A stretch of 64,000 nucleotides of DNA, taken from contig NC_083292.1 of the NCBI RefSeq assembly GCF_963506605.1, positions 4,154,001-4,218,000 of the forward strand, in the 5' to 3' direction. A model generated the notes under the pieces. It was not told the origin of the DNA. It made no database searches and worked only from the letters and a program-made list of their open reading frames with translations. This DNA comes from Zootoca vivipara. Lineage: Eukaryota. The translations under genes and the position numbers were made by a program. Positions 24,436-35,561 of this stretch are shown here, in pieces (position 1 is the first letter of the stretch; every line of letters starts with the position of its first letter).

Positions 24436-25495
24436 GTATTGTTTGTTACAGATCTGATCGGATCCCTTTAAAACAAAGAAGGAAATAAATGTTCCATTTA
24501 TGTTTCTACTATAATTTTTTGGTCAGAGTATAAATCTTAAACGCCCAACTTGCAGTTAGATTTAATGTCCGGATCAACTGAAACTGAAATGTGCTTGGCG
24601 CTAAAGCTGGTCAGCTATTCAACATAATCAGAACCTGAAGCCTGATCATCACACACACACACACACACACCCCACGATAGAAGACTTGAATCCAAGAGGT
24701 CCATTGTCAAATGAGGTCATGCTGGCTGGGACTGGTGGGAATTGTAATCTAAGACATCCACAAGGCACCAAGTTACTACGGTATATAGTGCTGCTATGTA
24801 ATACTCTCTTTATCAGTTAACTGGGTCTGCTTCTGTCTGACTTCATGTAAGGGCACTTTTGCAAGCGATACAGAGAAGGTGCTTTTGCCTCTGATGTGGG
24901 CATAGCAAATATTGTTATTAGGAATTGCTGCTGTCATCCTTTTTTCTTCTCTGTAGTTCCCATGTTTACTCAGGCCAGGATCCAATATTCATATTCTCTT
25001 TTTATTGGGAGACATTGTTTAGGAATGTCAAATGTTCAGTGGTTCCAAACAACAACTGCCCCCCGACAACTTTAAAATGGTTGAGGTTCTTGGCAGTCCA
25101 CCTCCTTGTTTTTCTCTTATAGCAATTGCAGTGTGCTGTGCTAGATGCTGTTTGATTTTTAATCGTATTTGTATTGCTTCTTTTATTGCTTATATTGTAT
25201 TTTCTTGCATTACAGTTCAAATTCCATAAATTCAAATTGTATGTGTTCTTCACCAACCACCTGAGAACCATTCGTGGTCCATGGACCATAGTTTGAGAAC
25301 CCCTGTCTTCATTGTAGGATAAAATGAGCACCTTTTCTGCATTGTACTTGACAGGAATGGTGGCATGTATATATTTATTTGTTATAATTGGCGTCCTGTT
25401 TTTTTTTACCAAAGGCGCACACTCAGCTTTGCTTCAGGGTGTTTGAATTTAGTCCTGAAGCTAATATTGGAAGGGGTCATAAGAGTGCTAGAGGC

Positions 25496-25585
25496 CATAG
25501 CTGCCAAGTTATCCCTTTTTTTAAGGGAAATTCCCTTATGCTGAATAGGCTTCCTCATGAGAAAAGGGAAAACTTGGCAGCTATG
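25496..25585. mobile_element. 90-bp hAT-type MITE, copy 1
   Basis: TIR CATAGCTGCCAAG; flanking direct repeat GCTAGAGGC. Confidence 0.85.
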
Positions 25586-25906
25586 GCTAGAGGCAGAGGA
25601 GGAGGAGTGGGTAACACCCTCCGTGTTCATGGTGCTCTGCAAAGTAACCTAAGCATTAGATAAAAGTCAAATGTCCCCAAGGAGTTCATAGTCTTCATTT
25701 CAGAAATGGAAGACATAGCTTAAACCAAGGTAAACAATTGATCCACCCCCCTTGTTATAACTGCCCTGAGATCTACGGGTATAGGGTGGTATACATCCCC
25801 CCTCCCCCCGTGTACCACTCTGACATCTTATGATGAAGGGTGGTATATAAATATAATAAATTAATAACAAATTAATAACTCTAACAAATTATTGTTATTA
25901 TTTTAA

Positions 25907-25907
<1 letters not shown>

Positions 25908-25954
<47 letters not shown>

Positions 25955-26040
25955 TTATTATTTATACCCCGCCCATCTGGCTGGGTTTCCCCAGCCACTC
26001 TGGGCGGCTTCCAACCGAATATTAAAACAGTATAGCATTA
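25908..26040 (-). mobile_element. L2-clade 3' end with (AAT)n microsatellite tail
   Basis: Reverse-complement match to 13570-13650 (ggaagccgcccagagtggctgggg). Confidence 0.8.
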
Positions 26041-26290
26041 AACATGGAAGTTTGTTTATAGTCTGTTATGATTGGCAGTGACTCTCAGGCACCTGAAGTT
26101 ATCCCTGGCCCTGCTACCTAAGATACTTTTAATACTGTGTGCAGACAGTAAAGAAGATAGTAGAAAGAGTGACAAAGAATGAATGTCCTGAAACCTTGAA
26201 ATCGGAACAACATAGTTTGCTAGGCTGTTACTTGCTACACATGTTCATGATTCCAAATACTCCTTCCTCCCAATTTCCTTTGTGCCATAG

Positions 26291-26439
26291 GTGGATATTC
26301 ATATCATGACACAACCCCCATCAGGAGAATGGGCTTACTTTGACACAGAGGTTACCAACAGCAGTGGTAGGATTTCCTACATTATCCCCAAAAACAAGCG
26401 GCTGGGCATTGGCGTATATCCTGTCAAGATGGTGGTCAG
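26291..26439 (+). CDS. PITPNM2: PITPNM2 coding exon (absent from the ORF track)
   Basis: ccatag|GTG...GTCAG|gtaagt; VDIHIMTQPPSGEWAYFDTEVTNSSGRISYIIPKNKRLGIGVYPVKMVV. Confidence 0.97.
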
Positions 26440-26599
26440 GTAAGTTTTGCTGCAGAATGTTTTGGCTTCTGCGGCCCTTTATAAATAACTTGAACTTGTG
26501 GAGCTACAATGTTTGACGGCAAGGGACTGACCCAAACATGTTTGCTCCCTGATCAGTCTCTTAACTAACTCAGTCCCTCCCTTTTCCCTTTTCCTTTAG

Positions 26600-26749
26600 A
26601 GGCGACCACACGTATGCCGACAGCTACATCACTGTTCTGCCCAGGGGGACTGAGTTTGTGGTCTTCAGCATTGACGGTTCCTTTGCAGCCAGTGTTTCAA
26701 TCATGGGCAGTGACCCCAAAGTCAGAGCTGGAGCAGTTGATGTAGTACG
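26600..26749 (+). CDS. PITPNM2: PITPNM2 coding exon, start of LNS2 domain (absent from the ORF track)
   Basis: ctttag|AGGC...GTACG|gtatga; RGDHTYADSYITVLPRGTEFVVFSIDGSFAASVSIMGSDPKVRAGAVDVV. Confidence 0.97.
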
Positions 26750-26992
26750 GTATGAAGGATTTGGAAATGCTTTGTGTCTGCAGTTGTGCTTTGGGAGTGC
26801 AAAATTATGAAAATATCCCCTTTCATTTTTAAAAGGGAAGTTGCTGGCCCTCGGGGGTTTCAGGGAGAAACCTTATTTATAGCATATGCTTTTGTGAGCC
26901 AGAATCCATTAGAGTCATGAAGTATTTGTCCTGAGGGGTTGATGTGTACATAAAATGGGGGGGGGGGAGATCCAGACAGTGACTGTTGTATT

Positions 26993-27082
26993 CATAGCTG
27001 CCAAGTTTTCCCTTTTCTCGATAGGAAGCCTATTCAGCATAAGGGAAAATCCCTGTAAAAAAGGGATAACTTGGCAGCTATG
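26993..27082. mobile_element. 90-bp hAT-type MITE, copy 2
   Basis: Same TIR; perfect 8-bp TSD GTTGTATT. Confidence 0.87.
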
Positions 27083-29093
27083 GTTGTATTATTCACAAAA
27101 CTGTGTTAGCAATAACATAAATATTTTGGCATTAGTTAGCTAATTAATGTATATTGGGTGGTTCTCTCCTCCTTTGCCACATATTAAAGAGCTACTTTCA
27201 TTTTGAGGCACAAATAAAATAAATACTCTGAGATCTAGGACTCCTTCTAGAACTGTTTGCATGGTCTGTCCACTATGTGGGCTTCCCCTCCCCTTTCACT
27301 TCCTAGCCCCTTCTCCTCCTTCTCCTTCTTCTAATTTGTCTTTTTTCTTATTTCTTTACTCCTTTTTACTCTTTGCTTTGATTGCATAAGTCTGATCTCC
27401 TTAATGATATTGTGAATTGATATGCTGCTTTTTTTACCTTTATTGTTCATGTTTTGTTACTTGCATTGTTACAAAACTTCTAAAAGAACCAATAAACTAT
27501 GAATAATAATAAAAAAACCACCACCAACATATAGAGTGATAAAAATCTGATCCCAGTTCAAGCCACAAATGTTAAAATTGAACCTCTTGATAAATTCTAA
27601 TTCATCGGTTTCACATTGCAGTCTTCTTTTGAGAATAGTCATCTTATGGCAGCATGTCCTACCTAGGAGCTTCAAATCTTCAACTGCTTTTTTAAAAATA
27701 TTGCCTTTCTGATGCGAAATAGAATTCTTCTTGAAAAGATATCATAATGACTCACCCACACATATAGATATATGGCATGATTTTATTTCTTGTACAGCAT
27801 CATTCACTGCCATCCGTATATGCAAATGTCTGGTTTATTTAAGACTATATAGAACCTTTATTCTCAATAATGAAGGAAATCACAGGTGGAGAATTTTATA
27901 AAACTTTAGTATCTGTAAAGGGAAACTTAATGTGAGTTAATACCTTTTTAATCCTTTGGAGCTGCACTGAACCTTTGTACTTTTCTCCTTCCAAGCTGTG
28001 ATTCTTTATGGCTTACATTTTTTTTATTCTTTGTTGTTGTTTTCTTGTTTATTGTTTGTTTGTTTTTGCTTCCCCCCCTGTTAATAATAAAAGAGTAAGG
28101 GGGGGGGTTAAAATAGCATCCTTTGTTCCAGGGGTGCTTCTTCATAGCACATCCCTGTTCCAAGGCCTCTTTTTGTGGCCTGAGACTCTTAGAGGTAATG
28201 GTTTCCCTACCCATGTTTCTTGGGATTCCAAAATTCATTTCCTGGTCTTTTTAGTTGCACATGCAAAAAAAGGGGGGTGGAGCCAAGATGGCTACGGAGT
28301 AGCAAGCAGGCTTCGGCACTCCGCTGATAACAGGACTAAATAGTGCCACCCAGGGAAGTAAATTTTCCTTTTTTCCTTTTCTACTTTTAAACTCACCAAC
28401 CTACTAAGATTTTATCAGCACCTTCTTATCTATGCTATGAGAAACACCCTGGGCAAGTTCCATGAAGCATCCTGGGCAGGCCACCAGCTGCTAGCTATTA
28501 ACCGCCAGCTCCCTTTTATACTTTGCCCTTGGAACTCCTGGCAGTCACTACAGAGAAACTCTTAAACTGAACAAATTGAGAACTTTCTACCTCTTCTTTT
28601 CTTCGGTTAAGGAAACTTTTCCTTCTTTACTTCCCACTGCAATACTATGCCTACTAGTAAACGCAACAGGGACCCAGAGGAAGCAGTCCCATCTCCCGCT
28701 TCCAAGCAATCTAAAATTTTAAACAAATCTGCTTTTACAGTCCCAACAAAAAACCGTTTCTCTCCCCTTGAAGATGACTGTGAAGATGAGGAGAATACTC
28801 GGGGTGGGGGCGCAGAATTGGATCCAACGATGGCGCAAGCTGACCCTGTGCCTTTAAGCGAGGAAGGAACAACAAGTTGGGAGAGCACTCAATTAACTCT
28901 AATTGCAAGAACGGTTGAGCATATCTTCCAACAAATTAGAGGTATTGCCTCTCAAATATCCCAATTATCTAAAGAGGTCCACAGTTTATCAGCTAATAAC
29001 AAGCAGGCACTAGCAGAACATCAGAGCACCAAAGTGAAATGGCGACAACAAGAGCAGACCCCTAAGCTCGACGTAGAACGCGTAGACGTAAAA

Positions 29094-29833
29094 CTTGGGC
29101 AAACAAATAAAAGGCACAAATTCCGGATGGGTGACACGTGGCTTGAGAGCAGTACATGTGAAAAGGATCTAGGAGTCTTGGTAGACCACAAACATGACAT
29201 GAGTCAATAGTGTGATGCAGCAGCTAAAAAAGCCAATGCAATTCTGGGCTGCATCAATAGGAGTATGGCATCTAGATCAAGGGAAGTAATAGTACCACTG
29301 TATTCCGCTCTGGTCAGACCTCACCTGGAGTACTGTGTCCAGTTCTGGGCACCACAGTTCAAGAAGGATACTGACAAGCTGGAACGTGTCCAGAGGAGGG
29401 CTACCAAAATGGTCAAAGGCCTGGAAACGATGCCTTATGAGGAACGGCTTAGGGACCTGGGTATGTTTAGCCTGGAGAAGAGAAGGTTAAGGGGTAATAT
29501 GATAGCCATGTTCAAATATATAAAAGGATGTCATATAGAGGAGGGAGAAAGTTTGTTTTCTGCTGCTCCAGGGAAGCGGACACGGAGCAATGGATTCAAG
29601 CTACAAGAAAGAAGATTCCACCTAAACATTAGGAAGAACTTCCTGATAGTAAGAGCTGTTCGCCAGTGGAATTTGCTACCAAGGAGTGTGGTGGAGTCTC
29701 CTTCTTTGGAGGTCTTTAAGCGGAGGCTTGACAGCCATCTGTCAGGAATGCTTTGATGGTGTTTCCTGCTTGGCAGGGGGTTGGACTGGATGGCCCTTGT
29801 GGTCTCTTCCAACTCTATAATTCTATTATTCTA
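29094..29833 (+). mobile_element. Young 5'-truncated CR1 LINE with intact 3' end
   Basis: LGQTNKRHKFRMGDTWLESSTCEKDLGVLVD...[11 protein letters not shown]...; 3' UTR and (TTCTA)-type tail; near-identical to 11716-12290 in opposite orientation. Confidence 0.95.
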
Positions 29834-30134
29834 TTAAAACAAACTCTTCCTATTTAATCTTCCAACCAAAAAAAGATCTGTATGCCAATCCGTGGAAGAC
29901 TAGATCAAACTCCTAACTGGGAAGGTGTCCAGTGTTCCAAACGACATTTATCAGACTTATTTGGTAGTGGTCTCACAGAGATCGACTTAGTTGGAACTGA
30001 ACCCTTGAATATCACAAATCAAATCCAAAAAATTATGTTAACTTTTTCCTCTACTAGACTGCCCCCACTGATTCACTAGATGAAATTCAAATTGTCAAGC
30101 AGAGGAGTTTTTCCAACCCGGGTATTTCACAATA

Positions 30135-30322
30135 CAGTGGTACCTCGGTTTATGAACACAATTGGTTCCGGAAGTCTGTTCATAAACTGAAGTGTTCATA
30201 AACTGAAGCGAACTTTCCCATTGAAAGTAATGGAAAGTGGATTAATCTGTTCCAGATTGGTCCGCGGCATTTGTAAACCGAAAATTCGTAAACCGAGGTG
30301 TTCATAAACCGAGGTTCCACTG
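30135..30322. mobile_element. Tigger-like MITE
   Basis: TA|CAGTGGTACCTCGGTTTATGAAC...GTTCATAAACCGAGGTTCCACTG|TA. Confidence 0.87.
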
Positions 30323-31310
30323 TACTATTGTTGCACCCTTATGTAAGATGAGGACTGATGCGACAGAGGCGGCCCACAAAACCAAGGCCTGGTTCCCCAA
30401 TGGAAGTAACGACATTGCAAAAAAACTTGACAGGGGGAGAGGAAATAGACATACCCGAGTTGAATTCCCAGATTCACGCCCAACATCAAAATAACCAGGA
30501 GAGCCAAAAGGAACAGCCGATTCCCCCTAGACACATACAAAAAGATCTGAGAACAGAAAATGTGAAAAGATGTGATTGGAAAGTAGATTACAAATGTCCT
30601 AAATGAATTTAGCAAATATATCAAATTTAAGAATGAAAGACTGGGATAATATGTTTACAAAAGGTGTTTGTGAGGGTAGAAGAGCAAGCGTTTATTTTTC
30701 ATTTATTTGTTACAAAGTGCTGTGCAATGGAATAAATATTGCAGAAATTTCTATTGATCGCTTAGCTTCACATATAGCAGCTTCAGCAGGCCGGCTCCTG
30801 GCAAAATCCTCTCTGTACAGTATTTGTGGACAGCTAAGATTCCACTTCCATCTCAGTTGTTGGTAAAAGGGGGGGCACGTTCTCTCTTGTGCTAAGGGAC
30901 CTTTCCCAGGACTTAGGGAAAGGCCACTGCTCAGTGGGGAAAGGGCCTTGGGTCAGTGATAGGTAGAGCACCTGCTTTGCAGGCAGAAGGTCCCATGTTC
31001 ATTCTCTGACATCTCCATTTAGGTCTGGGAGTTTCCCAGCCTAACTCAATATATGGCAGCTTCTTGTGTTGGTTGTAAGTTGGGAGAAAGTACAAACAAA
31101 GCACCCATTGGCAACAATTGGAGAGTTTTCCTCTAAAATTATCTCTTCAGAAGCATTCCTAATACAAATAGGCACGTCAGTGTGCCGAGATGGTTCAGGA
31201 CTTCAGCAGCAGGCAAATAGTTCCCACTTCCCCTTGCCAGATCTCCAGCCTGTAATACATCCTCCCTCCCTCCTGTTCTTATTAATTGTTTTCTCCCTTC
31301 CCCTTCTTAG

Positions 31311-31494
31311 GCACTGGCAAGACCTTGGCTACCTCATTATCTACGTCACGGGCCGGCCTGACATGCAGAAGCAGCGGGTAGTTGCCTGGTTAGCACAGCA
31401 CAACTTCCCCCATGGGATCGTCTCGTTCTGCGATGGTCTGGTTCACGACCCACTGCGGCACAAGGCCAACTTCCTCAAGTCCCTACTCACAGAC
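31311..31494 (+). CDS. PITPNM2: PITPNM2 coding exon (LNS2)
   Basis: tcttag|GCAC...GAC|gtaagc; RHWQDLGYLIIYVTGRPDMQKQRVVAWLAQHNFPHGIVSFCDGLVHDPLRHKANFLKSLLTD. Confidence 0.97.
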
Positions 31495-32389
31495 GTAAGC
31501 AAGCTCTCTCTCAGCAGGTTTAGGGAGAACTTCTCAAAGTGCCCAGAGGCTGTGTCTATCCAAACAGCGCATGGAAATATCTGTGGGTAGTGTGAGGAGG
31601 TGTCATCCTGAACCAAACTAAGTATCCAACAGACGTGGAAGATTTTTGGTGATGTTCCAGACACTGGCCAGTTGTTAGCGAAGTCACTTAAATAGAGCAA
31701 ATGGAGTCCAGAGATAAAAGAAACTGATAATACTTTGGGGGACAGAAAAATCTAGTATATCATATGAGGAGAAATAGAGAGGTGTTTTGTCTTTCTTAGT
31801 AGCTAAGCTCTAGTCCATAACAGGAATATATACTAATACAGTGGAGAATTCCCTCAGAACTAATCAGCTGATCAGAACCTCTTGAACATCTAACAAACAC
31901 AGTTTTGACAAACTCAGTTCACGGAGCTTCAATTTTTAACCATAGTTCATAGAATTGTAGAATTGGAAGGGATTACAAGGGTCACCCCCGACAATGCAGG
32001 AATCTCAACTGAAGCATCCATGACTGATGGCCATCCAGTCTCTTCATTACATTCACCTGAGACATTTTAACTAGGGATGCTAGAGCATCCATTCATTTTG
32101 CCAAAAAAGGTGCTGTGGATGGTGTATGTTCCAAGTGCACATGTGCAAAATCCCCCCAAAAGCTCTGAGCATTCTCCTCCACCTCCCTCTTCCCCTGTCA
32201 GTAGACAAAAAAACTTCCCTTTGGGCAGGCAAAGGAAGAAGCAGAGGTGGCGGCTGCAGGCGGTGGTACAGTTGCCCAGTTAGGCAATGTTAGACTCCTA
32301 AGTGTCTTCAGGCGGTCTTTGGTAATAGAAATGGGAAAATGTGTCAGGTTCAAGTTTCTCTTTGTTTCTCATTTTTCCAAAAAATAAAT

Positions 32390-32474
32390 AAAAATAATAA
32401 TCCTTCCAGTAGCACCTTAGAGACCAACTGAGTTTGTCATAGGTATGAGCTTTCATGCACACTTCTTCAGATAC
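32390..32474 (-). mobile_element. Penelope-like fragment with a stem-II-deleted hammerhead
   Basis: tccttccagtagcaccttagagaccaact...ggtatgagctttcatgcacacttcttcagatac; lacks one stem II arm. Confidence 0.75.
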
Positions 32475-32584
32475 CTCATTTTTCCAGTCTTCAGTTCTCA
32501 ACAATGCCACATCAGTTTGCAACTTTTAAAAAAAGAAGCCTGAAGAAAATTCATCATTTTAGTGCAGATTTATCTTTCAATATA

Positions 32585-32795
32585 CAGTGGTACCTCTGGT
32601 TGCGCACAGGATCCGTTCCGGAGCTCCGGTCGGATCCCGAGGAATTCGCAACCAGAGGTGCTGCTTCTGCACATGCGCGCGGCGCAGTAGGGCACTTCTG
32701 TACATGCACATGCGCGGGAAAATACTTGCGGGTTTGCCACGTTCTCTTCCTGAAGGATATGCATCAAGAGGTGTGCGTCTGCAGAGGTACCACTG
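32585..32795. mobile_element. Tigger-like MITE
   Basis: TA|CAGTGGTACCTC...GAGGTACCACTG|TA; an extra TIR copy near 32852-32863. Confidence 0.82.
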
Positions 32796-33470
32796 TACAG
32801 ATAGATAGGTTTATTACAGCCATAGGCCCATATTCAATACCAATATTCATTGAGGTACCACTGTACACATTTTAATGCAATTTTGTCTAATGTACACAAA
32901 GCAGTTTTGTAATAACTTTTTTGCATGAGGTTTTATAATATACACATTTTTATGCAGCTTTTATTATAAGCACGTTACTTTTATCTTATTTATCTATCTA
33001 CTTTCATATGCCACATATCAGAGTGGTTTACAACATGTATACTTGGCCAGACTGCTCATCTTGCTAGGTGAAGCCCTGGAATGATGCCCCCAAACCCTGC
33101 CCAAAGTGACACCACTTCTGGGCAGGCTGTGACCAAGACCCCTAGCAGTGCCCTTCCCAGACAGAAGGCCCTGAAGCAGCAGCTGCTGTTGGCACTGGGG
33201 GACCTTGGGGCAGGTGGCTTGGAGGATCGGGGTGAACCTTGTGAACGCCAGTCCTGCTTTTGAGCATTCAGGGAGGGTGTTTGCCTTCCCGAGCACTTCT
33301 CCTCAAATGCATCCTTACTCTTAACATTACAACTTTTTACCAAGGCATCCTACAAAAGATACTACAACACAACATCTTTGCGTGAAAACCAAGGGTCTGG
33401 TGCTGTTCCAGAGGTTACATTTCCCTCCCAGTTGCCAATGATTTGCCTTTTCTTGCCCCGCACCCTGCAG

Positions 33471-33599
33471 CTTGACATGAAGATCCATGCGGCCTATGGA
33501 TCCACCAAGGATGTCTCAGTCTACACCTCCATCAGCCTGCCGCCTATGCAGATCTACATTGTTGGGCGGCCGACCAAGAAGTTACAGAACCATTGTCAG
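33471..33599 (+). CDS. PITPNM2: PITPNM2 coding exon (LNS2)
   Basis: ctgcag|CTT...CAG|gtaacc; LDMKIHAAYGSTKDVSVYTSISLPPMQIYIVGRPTKKLQNHCQ. Confidence 0.97.
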
Positions 33600-34139
33600 G
33601 TAACCTCAGAATTCAGGTGCTTTCGCAAGGGATAGATAAGTGCCTGTATGATGAGGCTGGGGGTGCAGCCTGTCCAAGCCCTACAGCTGTGCCACTCAGC
33701 GGTGTAGCTAGCCGCTCGGGCACCTGGGGTGGCACCTGTGCCTGGAGGCGGGGCAGGGTGCGCCAGGGAAGGGTGTGCTGCACGGAGCCTCCAAGGAGTC
33801 TGCCCACTGCCTCTCTCTCAGCTGTAGGGCAGAGGAGGGGGAGGCGGTGAGCAGACACAGGCCACACACTGCCGTTTTGGGCCCCATGGTAAGTGCCGCC
33901 CCCGCAGTGTGGTTACCGAGTGCCCGTGCCCCCCCCCAGCTATGCCCCTGGTGCCACTTCTGTGTCAGTGGGGCTCACGAAAAGTGGCTCCGAAGAGATA
34001 CCCAGAGAAGATGTAGAGGAGGGTGGCATTCTGGAGCACCAGCGGACTAGCACAGATCTTACCTTTATAGTGCCATCTTTGTTGGCATGGAGGAGAGAAA
34101 TGGTGGGAAGAAAGCCAAGCACCTTCTGAGGTAGTTGCA

Positions 34140-34320
34140 GAAGTGGCTGTAGCTCAGAGGTAGAGCATCTGCTCTGCATACAGAAAAGTCCAGCTTCTTA
34201 AATCTCCAGCATCTTCATGTGGGGTTGGGAGAGGCCCCTGCCTAAAGCCCTGGAGGGCCTCTGCCAATCAGCCGTACTGAGCTAAATGCAGCAAAGGGAT
34301 GACTCCATATAAGGCATCGG
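34140..34320 (+). mobile_element. Old tRNA-derived squamate SINE (similar decayed copies near 2960, 9660, 23360, 30930, 45930 and 58625)
   Basis: A-box-like gctgtagctcagaggtagagcatctgct, followed by the recurring ...tgcca(g)tcag...tactgagcta(g)atg core. Confidence 0.6.
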
Positions 34321-34935
34321 CCTCATCTATGGAGAGACAAAAATGGACCCAGTCAGGGGATGCACAGGAAAAGCAGGCAAGTAGCCCAGTAGGCCTGGAA
34401 CAAGATGGGAAGAAGCAGCAAGCCTGCAGCTATGTGTCTTTCAAAAATATTTTCTGAAAACAGAAGAATATTTCAGTCGAAATTTTCAGGTGATCAGTGT
34501 TACATTTGTACTAACAAGATTTACCAGTGTGCTCTAAGAGATTTTTGAAATTTTTGATATTGTGTCTTTTAATAGCATAGTCCAAGCTTAAGTGATGGAG
34601 AAAGCTGAGTACCCAGATGTTGTACACTTCATTGGAATCCATTTGGTGAAACATAGTTTAGAAATATATTAAATAAAATACATACATACACAAAGTGTAT
34701 CAAAGATGAATAATGGCCATTGCACAAAAAGCATTAATATGTTTAGCAAATTTGTTTATTTGGGTTGACATTTAGATGGCTTTTTGCTGAATTACTTCTC
34801 TTGGTGCACATACAAGTAAGTGGGTTGCCTATATTGTTTTGCCAGCTGCTGAGGAGAATTTTGTGGCTGCTTCTCGATTTCTGAACTAGTGTGTCAGAGA
34901 GACTTCTCCTTGACACTTAGCAGAAAGGTAGAGAT

Positions 34936-35011
34936 GACTAGCTTATGGGTTCACACATTCCAGGGCTGCACTTGACTAGCTTATGGGTTCACACATTCCA
35001 GGGCTGCACTT
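34936..35011 (+). repeat. Perfect 38-bp tandem duplication
   Basis: gactagcttatgggttcacacattccagggctgcactt twice. Confidence 0.95.
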
Positions 35012-35213
35012 CAACAATGAGAACCACATCCTGTATGGCACACATTATTTTCTGGGTCTGGCAACCTGAGATAAATTTGTCACTTGGCAAAGAGTTGCCT
35101 CGGCAGCATCTGAAATGGCAGCTGTGAAATTGCATTTGGCCATGGAACAAGAGTGAAGTTTTGGACTGCAGATGTCTTCCAAAAATAAGCTTTCATTTTA
35201 ATTAAATTTGCAG

Positions 35214-35561
35214 TTCATTACCGAGGGATACGCAGCCCACCTGGCCCAGCTGGAATACACCCATCGCTCCCGCCCTGCCAAGAACACCACCCGGATGGCT
35301 CTTCGGAAAGGCAGCTTTGGCCTCCCGGGCCAAACGGAATTCCTGCGCAAGAGGAACCACTTGCTGCGCACCATCTCCTCTCAGCCAGCCACGGCAGCCA
35401 GCGGAAGCAGTGGCTACAGGCCGGAGCGAACCCAGAGTCAGTCAGAGAGTGACCGGGAGAGGGAGAAGGAGCGCAGCCAGAGGAGCATGAGCCTTGCCAC
35501 AGGGTGCTGGGGCCGGAGCACAGCCTCCAGACTGGAGCCGGGGGGCCTGGGGCAGAAGTAG
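35214..35561 (+). CDS. PITPNM2: PITPNM2 terminal coding exon, to TAG
   Basis: ttgcag|TTCATT...; FITEGYAAHLAQLEYTHRSRPAKNTTRMALRKGSFGLPGQ...CWGRSTASRLEPGGLGQK*. Confidence 0.97.
   Translation, partial: FITEGYAAHLAQLEYTHRSRPAKNTTRMALRKGSFGLPGQTEFLRKRNHLLRTISSQPATAASGSSGYRPERTQSQSESDREREKERSQRSMSLATGCWGRSTASRLEPGGLGQK

Larger units (their letters stand above)
28272..30600 (+). mobile_element. 5' part of a LINE (5' UTR plus ORF1-like region), interrupted by a CR1 and a Tigger MITE
   Basis: Begins GGGGGGTGGAGCCAAGATGGC (YY1 motif, as at L1 5' ends); ORF from 28647 MPTSKRNRD...KNRFSPLEDD... with a coiled-coil-like segment; right boundary uncertain. Confidence 0.55.

Noticed and set aside
26660-26685. 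SIDGS instead of DxDxT in LNS2, as a novel loss of phosphatase activity
   Set aside because: This is the normal state of the PITPNM/Nir family.
32443-32474. Third hammerhead ribozyme
   Set aside because: One arm of stem II is deleted, so it is predicted to be inactive.
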